64,000 bases of DNA from Macrostomum lignano (lineage: Eukaryota): positions 1 to 64,000 of the forward strand of contig NIVC01000485.1 in the NCBI GenBank assembly GCA_002269645.1, written 5' to 3'. A program made the position numbers and the translations under genes. Each line of letters opens with the position of its first letter. The first letter of the stretch is position 1. Shown piece after piece: positions 27,701-37,813 of the stretch. The notes under the pieces are model-generated. The model was not told the DNA's origin, made no database searches, and saw nothing but the letters and a program-made list of their open reading frames with translations.

Positions 27701-29830
27701 CGGAGGCTACGACAACGACGACATCGACGGAGCCAGAGCTGGACCCGAAGCTCACCCAATGCGGCCTGTTCTGCTACCACCCTGCCTGTCTGCAGCCGCT
27801 CGCCCGCCCCCTGCCATTCCTTGTGTCCGTCATTGGCTTGTACTTTGTCCAAAGCTTCATAGTCAGCGGCTATATTAATAGCATCAATACTACTATTGAG
27901 CTGAGATACGGACTAACAACTAAAGAGATTGGCTACATATACGCGTCGTATGAAGTGTTCTGCATTGTGGCTACATTCTTCATATCGTATTTTGGTCACG
28001 GCGGCAACAGATCCCGTCTATTGGGCATTGGCTGCGCAATCATTGGTATTGGATATTTTTTCTTTGCTTTTCCTCACTTCCTTGGCAGTGCCATTAGTAA
28101 CACGGTGCCAGTGTCTGGTAATGCTTCCTCTTCTTCGACTGGCTCTTCTGCCTCCACGATTAGTAGCAGTGGAGTCAAGCTGTGCAGCGGGGGAGGCGGT
28201 GGCGGCACTTCAGATATGAACTGTCAAGTGCAGGACTCAGCCTTGCTGATCCTATGCCTGAGCTTTGGTCTCATTGGCCTGGGCGCTAGCCCCGTGTACA
28301 TCCTCGCCCCAACCTACCTGTGGGACAATGTACCTCAGAAGAGCTATCCTCTGTACGCGGCTTCGTTGCACATCACTAGCGCTCTTGGACCGGCTTGCGG
28401 CTTCCTAGGCGGCGCTGTGTTCCTGTCGTTGTACGTGAACTTTCCAAGCTCAGCGCCCGACGGTTTAACAACCAGCCATCCTCTATGGACGGGAGCCTGG
28501 TGGCTAGGATTCGTCATTTTCGCTGGTCTCGCTCTGCTGGTGGCTGTTCCTCTGCTGGCATTTCCAACTGTAATGCCGCACACTGCAGCGAAACGGTTGC
28601 AGAAGCAACAACAGCAGCAGCAGCAGCAGCAGCAGCAAAAAGCGCAACGTTCAACGTCCTCTCTAGACGCCGACGAGTTGACGCGAAATTCTTCAACAAC
28701 AAATAGCGACGCAGCGATTGTGTCTTCAACAAATGATGACGATGAAGAGCCTAACTCGTCTCTGGATCAGTCGGCAGCTTCTTTAAGTCCGGCTGAGAAG
28801 CCGCACATTCGCGACATCCCAGCCGGTTTAAAGCGGCTGTTCAAAAACGCGTTATGGCTGTTTATCAGTCTGCTAATTGTGGCCGAGCAGTCTGTAGTAC
28901 AAGCCTTCGTTGCTTACGTCAACAAGTACATGCAAAAGTCTTTTAATATCCCAGTGACGCAATCCAGCATCATCACAGGTTTGTGTCTTGATTTTTAAAA
29001 TTCAATTCAGTGACTTCGTATATTTCGTTGACTAGCAGGTCCTTAAGTGTATATTTTGACAGATCCTTCAGTGTCCATCATGACACATCCTTCAGTGTCC
29101 CATCATGACACATCCTTCAGTGTCCATCATGACACATCCTTCAGTGTCCCATCATGACACATCCTTCAGTGTCCCATCATGACACATCCTTCAGTGTCCC
29201 ATCATGACACATCCTTCAGTGTCCCATCATGACACATCCTTCAGTGTCCATCTCAACACATCCTTCAGTGTCCATCCCGACAGATCCTCGTTTAACTCCC
29301 ATTCTGACACCACCAGCTTCGGTTTAACAAACTTGCTCCCCCAAAACTACTACCAGGCGCTCTCGTCATTCCTAGCGCCGTGATTGGCATCGGCGCCGGG
29401 GCTTTAATAATGCGCCGCTATAGGCCTAGCAACAAATCGGTGAGCCTACTCATGATGGGCCTGTGCGCCGCTACCACATTGCTCACTATTGGCCTGGCAT
29501 TTTGCACCTGTCCGAATGTCAGCATGGCGGGACTGAATGCTCAGTATGGCATCCCGGCTACTAGCGGTGCGGCAGCTTCATCATCAACAGCTGCTGCTCA
29601 GTTGCAGCTAAATGTGAGCTGCAATGCCGCCTGCCATTGCGGCAGTCTCAGCTACGATCCGGCTTGCGATGCTGTGAGTTTTTGTTCATTCTTCTGCTTT
29701 TGTGACATACAAGCTATCTTCAGTTGCTTCTGGTTTCTTGTGGATCATTTCCACTTACTTTTCACTACTAGGTTTAATTTATGAGTGTAAGATGATCTTG
29801 AAAACTGTGATTGGTCAGTTCGTCAGTTAA

Positions 29831-29891
<61 letters not shown>

Positions 29892-29928
29892 CAGTTAGTT
29901 AGTTAGTTAGTCAGTTAGTTAGTTAGTC

Positions 29929-29983
<55 letters not shown>

Positions 29984-30048
29984 CAGTTAGTTAGTTAGTT
30001 AGTTAGTTAGTCAGTTAGTTAGTTAGTCAGTTAGTTAGTTAGTTAGTC

Positions 30049-30123
<75 letters not shown>

Positions 30124-30126
30124 CAA

Positions 30127-30150
<24 letters not shown>
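24787..30150. repeat. Inverted segmental copy of ~13880-19317
   Basis: 24787 CTAGATAG... is the reverse complement of 19317 (and 3142); the match continues through SLCO exons 1-2 to the (TTAG)n tract. Confidence 0.93.
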
Positions 30151-30158
<8 letters not shown>

Positions 30159-31146
30159 AAGTTAGTCACTTAGTTAATTAGTCAGTTAAATAGTTAGTTA
30201 ATTAGTCGGTTAGTCAGTTAGTTAGTTAGTTAGTTAATTATTCGGTTTGTTAGTCAGTCAGCCAGTTCGCAAGAGGTACTTCCACACTGTCACAAATCAA
30301 GGCCACGGCCGACCCGCAACCAGGTTAATCTTATTATTTTTGTTATTATCGCTTACTGACAAGTAGTGATTGAAGAGTGTAAAGCGATTGATTGTATGCT
30401 TATAGACCACAAATTTGACACGTTTTCGCAATGTAAAGTTCAACTCGCCCCACCCTACTCAGCTCACGGGAACAACCTACTTCACGCCGTGCCACGCCGG
30501 CTGTCAATCAAAGCAGTCCTCGACAGGGTCGAGCGATTCCTGGAATTACACCGACTGCTCATGCGTTCCCATAGCAACCAATGCCAGTCTGCCCGGTGGT
30601 TACGTCACTGGCGGTAAATGTACGGCTGCTTGCTACACGTTTGGCCCGTTCTGTGCACTGCTGTTCATCATTGTGCTGCTGACCGCCTGCGGCTACGAGC
30701 CCAGCCACATCCTCACTTTGTCCTGCGTCTCCGAGTCAGACAGCAGCTTCGCATTGGGCATTCAAAATATTCTGCAACGTTTATTAGCCTTCATACCGGC
30801 CCCGATCTACTTTGGCAGCCTGTTCGATTTCAACTGCCTGATGCGTTCGTCCGATTCGGCTTGCAGCAACGCCGACGCCTCGGCGTGCATGGAGTACGAC
30901 TTGACCAGACTGCCCTACATGTGGATTGGCGTCATTCTGGGATTGAAAGTTGTCGGCTTCCTGTTTGCCAGCGCGTGCTTTCTGGTTAGTCGGGCTAGTC
31001 GAGCTGTTGATCTGCTGGACGTTGCGGCCGATGCCACAGTTGCTATGGAGAAGGATGGTGGCGCCATGTCGGCTTCGACAAAGACTGCAGTTCAAATTGG
31101 TGCCTATAGTTCTAAGACTGATGTTGACGGAAATCACGTAGCCTGA
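27138..31146 (+). CDS. SLCO: SLCO/OATP copy 3, complete three-exon structure (27138-28978, 29357-29673, 30463-31146), ~946 aa once two 5' frameshifts are corrected
   Basis: All GT-AG junctions are phase-compatible; Kazal-like loop CNAACHC...DPACDA|LTGTTYFTPCHAGC; C-terminal FIPAPIYFGSLFD..CL. Indels near 27283 (-1, homopolymer) and 27505 (+2) relative to copy 2. Confidence 0.9.
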
Positions 31147-33938
31147 GTGATTGAGCGGGTGAAGCTACCGATTCTGAAGGGAGATATATACGGGGTGTCT
31201 CAATAAAATGTGACCACAGTTATTGTATACCAGGGACACTCCATCTTATCGGCTGCGTTCGAAACTCAACTAGAAGAGCTGACAATTGGAAATGGGTTTG
31301 CATTTTGACTGCCGCCTTGCATGTATTGCCTCAGACAACAACAGCCCTGCCATGGGGCTCCCATTTCATGGACGACAGCATCTAAATTGGGGTCCATTGT
31401 TATTGAGATACCCGTTATATTGCCTTTTTTATCATGCTAAAAGTGATAAAATAACGAAAAGCCTATTGGATAAAGGTAGGTTTGGCCATAGACAGCAGAC
31501 AGCAGCCATAGACATCCTCACCGGCTTTCGGCTCATTTCTAAGAAAAGCAGCACAGAATGTTCCGTGATAAAATAAAGTTTATCAGTCAGAAATTTGCAT
31601 GTTGTCTATGGCCCAACCTACTATTTTCATAGAGTTTTTTATGAAGCTCGACGATTTTAGCTGAAAACCTCTATTTAACTGTATCTCTTAGAGATTGAGA
31701 AATGGTTCTGTTTTGGTTTTTTGACACTATTTTAATCCTTAGATTAAGAGAGCTATTTTTACAAGTGTGATATGTCATCAGATGAGATTTTACCTATGCA
31801 AAATTTTATGCGTGCCTTGTTTCAGTGAATTGACTAATTGATGCCATCCATTCATCCTTGCCATGACGCCTATCTGTCACATGTACTTTGCTAGATAGTG
31901 CAAGCTATACACATTCTTAAAAAATTTCATTTCGGATTTTTTTTAATTCCAAGACTTTTAGATACTTTTCTTACTCTGATAACAGTCCCCCCCGTTTGAT
32001 ATAACATGTACATTATGCCATGTAATCTGTACAGTATTTCCCTATCCAAGCACCGCTTTATCCAGGTAAAATTTTTGTGTGTTCTACTTCACTAGTTTTG
32101 AGTTGTTATTCGCTTTGTTTTTTTTAAAATGACTCTTATTGAAAACTGATGTTTTAATCCGAGCTTTATCTTAGTAAATTGCTTAGCACTAGTATGTGTT
32201 GCTGTGCGTTTCAAATGGTTAAATGGGTTATTGTATTTTTTCAGTGATACATTAACTACTTCATCAAAGATAATGCTCATTAGTAACTTATCAACTTAGG
32301 GCATTTGTTTTTTTTGAGCAAAACTCCATGGCTATACAGACTTCAGTACTTATCAGATATTTATGAATTTCGTAGCTTAATGCGGTATTGTGAACCTTCT
32401 ATCTATACGCCTGTTGTTCAGACCAAACCAACATTCCAAGATTTTACAGAATTCTTGTCTTATTTTCTTATGTCTGTCACGAACGAGTTTTTCCTTGCAC
32501 AACTCTGAACTGTTTTCAGAATTTGTTTTACAATCCAAGCTGACCTTTAATGATAGATTCTGTTAATCATTCAATATTTAAAACTCTTATTGGTTAACTT
32601 TTCTGACATATATAAGGATGTAGCAAGTACCTAAAGTTGCACGTGGTACTGCCATACTTTTTAACACAATATTAAACTATTAAATATATTATTTATGACT
32701 CAGTGGCTTTGGATTTGTTTGTTTAAAAAGTTGTTTTTTGAAAAATCAATCATATGAGGATGGAATTTACAACGAAAACTTTATTTTTTCGCATCAATAT
32801 GGCACGCTTGGGTAAAATGCTACATACTACTTCTATGTATTGTACTTACACAAACAAGTTATATACACATAGCTCACTTAGCTAACTTTGTTCATCAGAC
32901 TTGTCCTAAGTACTGCAAAGTAACATGATTTCAATATTAATCAATAATATTTGATAAATCGAATATTACTACTAATAAGTAGCACGAGTTATATTTGTTA
33001 TTTTATACTCTAAAACTTAAAACATTCATTCGTTTAATTGAATTAAATTTGAATTCGTGCCAACAGTTTAACACAATCACTATTAACTAATGTAAGATGT
33101 AAGAAATGTGTTGCCATTGGACTTAACATCATTAAAAGATAAGGTAAGTTACTGGTAATATATTAGCTGGCGCTACAGATATCATCGATTTGTTGTGAGC
33201 TGTTGGTTACGGCGGAACTCCATTTGCTACTGAAAATAGTACATGTAGTTAAGCGCATTTTTGCCAAGTGACATCAAGTATTCTACTAGCTCTTATCTGT
33301 GGCAATGACCTTTTTAGTGCGAAATTATAGTAAATTGAAACTTTTAAACTCAATTCAAATTCAGTTCCGATCGTCACCTTTAGCCGAAAAACGAACTGCA
33401 TTCTGCTTAATTAGCCGCTTCTCGTCCGCAAAATTTACGAGCGAACATGTAAAATATATCCAAGCGGAAATTACGCTTTGACTATGCAGAATAATCTCAC
33501 TCATTCTTTTTCTCAGCCATCTAGCCTAGACTACCTTTATTCTCCAGCGGCCTAGCCAGTGATTTGAGCGCCGAGACATGTGCTAAAAATAGCACAGCCT
33601 TGAGCGGTCAACCCCCCCCCTCCCATGCCAGTGTGCCCCTTGGAATTTCCAAAGAAAAGCGAAGCTGGCAATTTCTCAGTTTCAGCTCCGGTTTTTCATC
33701 CGCCAATCAGAGACCAAAAGGAAGAGAAGACGCCTGTGATGTCAGCCTATTGAATGGAAACTATTTTAAGCTATTTTTGCAGTCTTTGCGGCAGAAACGT
33801 AAAGCGGACAGGTCTCGATTGGAATTTCCAACGCTCACGCCTGGCAGACCCCGGGAACCAACGGTTGCATAAAAAAGCGGCTCAATTCAATGAAATGCAG
33901 CCGTTCCCCAACTGAAAATCGTTATTCAAATAATTCAA

Positions 33939-35592
33939 ATGGAAACTGGAAAACTGCTTCCTGGCTGCCTGCTGCTGCTGCTGCTGCTTCTGCTGTCTTC
34001 AGCAGCTCACGGCTTGCCTGCTGCATCTTCTTCGGACAGCCAGAAGCTCCAGCAGGCACGGAGCTTCTGTGCAGCCTGGCGGCGCAGCGAGGCGCTGAAT
34101 CGTCGAACTTCCATCTACCAGACCGGCCTGGTTGAGAAGTACCTGCTGGACTCGCTGACTGACCTGCAGGACTTCGAGACCGAGCTGTTGGAGAGGCGGC
34201 TGCTGGGAAAGTCGGTGCAGCACCTGCGGCAGCGACATTCATCGAGACTGACGCGGCAATTCGGCTTCAAGACGGTGCAGCCGTTGAGAAGCCTCGCCGG
34301 CCTCGGCGCTGACGTCTTCCACAACGCGGCGACTGCGGCATTCCTGATGGAGCGGCTGCTGGCTGAGGAGTTGGCGTTGGAAGTCCGCGACAGGTGAGGC
34401 ATCCTTCTTTAACTGCGGTGATCTTTGCATCAGATTTTGCGTTTTCTCGGAGCCACCTACATGTAGTTGGTCAGAAGAAGTGAATGAAATTCTCCGTTAA
34501 GGTTGAATGAGCGCTTGAATCAGGCCCGCTGGGTCAGTCAGCAACTCAACAATCTGTATCAGAGTAGATCACACAACAAACTGCAACTCAACAACAATCT
34601 GTATCAAAGTAGATCACACAACAAACTGCAACCCAACAATTTGTATCAGAGTAGATCACACAACAAACTGCAACCCAACAATTTGTATCAGAGTAGATCA
34701 CACAACAAACTGCAACTCAACAATCTGTATCAGAGTAGATCACACAACAAACTGCAACTCAACAACAATCTGTATCAGAGTAGATCACACAACAAACTGC
34801 AACCCAACAATCTGTATCAGAGTAGATCACACAACAAACTGCAACTCAACAATCTGTATCAGAGTAGATCACACAACAAACTGCAACTCAACAACAATCT
34901 GTATCAGAGTAGATCACACAACAAACTGCAACCCAACAATCTGTATCAGAGTAGATCACACAACAAACTGCAACTCAACAATCTGTATCAGAGTAGATCA
35001 CACAAAAAACTGCAACTCAACAATCTGTATCAGAGTAGATCACACAACAAACTGCAACTCAACAACAATCTGTATCAGAGTAGATCACACAACAAACTGC
35101 AACTCAACAACAATCTGTATCAGAGTAGATCACACAACAAACTGCAACTCAACAACAATCTGTATCAGAGTAGATCACACAACAAACTGCAACTCAACAA
35201 CAATCTGTATCAGAGTAGATCACACAACAAACTGCAACTCAACAATCTGTATCAGATCTGCCTGGGCCTCCTAAATCCACAGAGCCATCCACAAACTCTG
35301 CTCTCGCAGACGGTCATCAGCTCGATTCGCGGACGACCTCTCCTACACCAGGGACAGCCTAGTGACCGCCATGCATCACCAGCACGAGTTCCTGTACCGG
35401 TTGGGCCACCGGTTCTCCTGGAGCGATCTGGGCCGGTACAGGGACCAGTTCAACAGGATCGAGAGGGTGCTGCACGGAGACCGCGAGGCTCGCTACCTGC
35501 GTGACTACTTTATTGCTGGCATAGTTGCTGAGGCTGTTAATGAGACCGCGAGGGCTGTGCAGGTCCTGCGGCTGTGTCTGGGAGAGCAGTGA
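33939..35592 (+). CDS. Secreted, probably alpha-helical protein of unknown family, 245 aa; exons 33939-34393 and 35310-35592
   Basis: Signal peptide METGKLLPGCLLLLLLLLLSSAAHG; donor AG|GTGAGG and acceptor CGCAG|A join in phase 2 into the 35362-35592 frame; GC-rich codon usage. Confidence 0.75.
34541..35255. repeat. 42/45-bp intronic minisatellite, 16 full units
   Basis: Unit AGTAGATCACACAACAAACTGCAAC(T/C)CAACAA(CAA)TCTGTATCAG. Confidence 0.95.
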
Positions 35593-35596
35593 GCTG

Positions 35597-35800
35597 GAGT
35601 GAGCAGTGTGATGGAGTGAGCAGTGTGATGGAGTGAGCAGTGTGATGGAGTGAGCAGTGTGATGGAGTGAGCAGTGTGATGGAGTGAGCAGTGTGATGGA
35701 GTGAGCAGTGTGATGGAGTGAGCAGTGTGATGGAGTGAGCAGTGTGATGGAGTGAGCAGTGTGATGGAGTGAGCAGTGTGATGGAGTGAGCAGTGACCTG
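35597..35800. repeat. 17-bp minisatellite immediately after the stop codon
   Basis: Tandem GAGTGAGCAGTGTGATG. Confidence 0.95.
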
Positions 35801-36588
35801 GAGGCAGCGGTGTAATGAAGTCAGCTAACTTATTAAAACTTACCCAAAAAGTAAATCCAGCTAAACCGATTGTTGGATTGTTAATTAATGCACTTCTTTC
35901 AAGGTATTTACAAAATTCTGTCATAATTTATTGATCACATCAAAAACGCACCTGCAATTCGTATAATTTATTGTTTTAACTACGAACTCATTCGGCTCAA
36001 CCAGTTAATATATTTATTATTCGTGTACTTACTGCAGCAGGCCTGACAATATCAGCCAAATTTTGCAATAAGCTTTCTTCCTTTTTTCACCTTGTTTAGC
36101 AGTTTAACAAAGTTTTTTTAACTCTCGTTTTGCTACACATTAGATTTTTAAATGCTAAATAGTTTGCATATTTGCATACAGATTTTATCTTCATGCTATT
36201 TCACCTATATGCTGATCCCATGTTCTCAAAGCTAGCTACTACTGATAGCGGTATATGTAACAAAATTGCAAAATTTGATTCGATATTTTCAATAAACCTT
36301 CTGAGCAGTTTTTTTGTCTATTAAAATCGCATGCAGTTCTGTGGTTGCTATGCAGCCCAGGTTTTAACGTTATAAGTTCGTTAAATTTTATCGAGCTTTA
36401 CTCTCTGAAATTCACCTAACCCTACTAATGAGTAGATCGAAAGGCAAAAAAGAAGACATTTAATAACATAACGGTAGCTGATTTTTCTAGCGCGATCTTT
36501 TTCATCCAAATTTGTCTATGGTGAAACCTCATTCAGTGCTGTGCGTTCTCAAGAGATTTTTTAAGAAAATTGAGTGCAGCGTCCTTCA

Positions 36589-36994
36589 TTATAATTCATT
36601 AGTTGTCCACGGGTGCACTAGGCTTCCAGATAAGTTTGCGCAGTCCAGAAACAGCGGCTGCACCTGCGGCTGCCGCTTCATCCTGAGCAGCACCGTGACG
36701 CCTGTGCCGAACCCGATGTCGCTCTTGTTCATGGCCAGAAACGAGCTGCTCCCATCGAACGCGGCGCCCTCCTCTGTCCACTGGACTCCGACCGGATAAA
36801 TTCGGTTGGTCTCTTCGTCAGCCTGGCACACGACATTCTCAAATGCAGACATGTCGTCTCCGAGCCACACGTTTGTGAGCTTCGGGTTGAGCTGAGCCGG
36901 ATATTTGATCGGAAATCGGATGAGCACTCGGCAGTCGCTGCTCGCACCGCCAGAGACAAGGTCGCGACACACGGACTGGTAGCGGAAGAGACTG
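36589..36994 (-). pseudogene. 5'-truncated coding exon, possibly a LamG/concanavalin-like domain
   Basis: GC-rich open frame ...VQWTEEGAAFDGSSSFLAM...TVLLRMK; the frame is cut exactly at the CACTAC terminal repeat. Confidence 0.4.
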
Positions 36995-37405
36995 CACTAC
37001 GTATCGCGCCATTAGAGCTGGGTTTTCAGAATTCTGACGCAAAAAACGCAAATTATACTACTATCTGAAAATGAAGTAAGTAGTATTCGAAAACGCTATC
37101 CTAAGCGTGATATATGGCAATATGTAGTCGTAATAATCCATGTGCTCATATATGTACATTAATCCCATGTACATTAATCCCTATCTATCTCAAATTGGAT
37201 ATGTACATTAATCCTATGTACATTAATCCCTATCTATCTCAAATGTCCATGTCTATACCCAATTCTATATGTACGCAGTATGTGCATTAATCCACATGTA
37301 TAGTGTCATCCCCAGACGGCCCGCGCACACCAAAATTACAACTCGAAACCCTACTACATGTACAATCTCATCCAAATGAGTCAACTAATTGTACAGCTCA
37401 CATCG
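36995..37405 (+). repeat. Left terminal inverted repeat
   Basis: CACTACGTATCGCGCC...GTCATCCCCAGACGGCCCGCGCACACCAAAATTACAACTCGA...CAAATGAGTCAACTAATTGT, inverted at 58256-58640. Confidence 0.92.
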
Positions 37406-37813
37406 TATATAAACTATTTACAAAGAAGATATATTTACATTAAATCAGTAGCATATTACAGTAAATAATTTATGTACAACATTACCAGCGAATAGAATAT
37501 ACAGAAAATTTTACATTGTTTTTCAATATTTTTCTCTTCATAAATGATTTTAAACAGGTCTGACACGCAAAATATGTACAATAGATTTTTACATTGGCAA
37601 TTTCGCCGCATACAATACAAAAATGCTTTATGTACATTGAATTATGTACAACAAATAGATTTACTCTAATAAATTTGGCAATACTACAATGCAAAAATGC
37701 TTTATATACGGCTCGTACATTGACATGCAAATTATGTACAACAAATAGATTTTTTCTGATAAATTTAACAATACAACAATGTACATTGAATCGTCAGTTA
37801 TAATTGGATTACA

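Noticed and set aside
29825-30260. Telomeric repeat
   Set aside because: The unit is TTAG, not TTAGGG or TTAGG, and it lies in an SLCO intron.
31187-31260. Tc1/mariner-like TIR start (TACGGGGTGTCTCAATAAAA)
   Set aside because: No matching second terminus found.
34503-35504. 333-aa ORF (NLYQSRSHNKLQ)n
   Set aside because: It is the read-through of an intronic minisatellite; the flanking exons splice around it in a different frame.
37482-37730. Nuclear-receptor-like zinc finger (CIVCGE...CQTC)
   Set aside because: It arises from three imperfect AT-rich ~70-bp repeats next to the TIR, has only one finger and lacks the codon bias of real genes here; probably chance.
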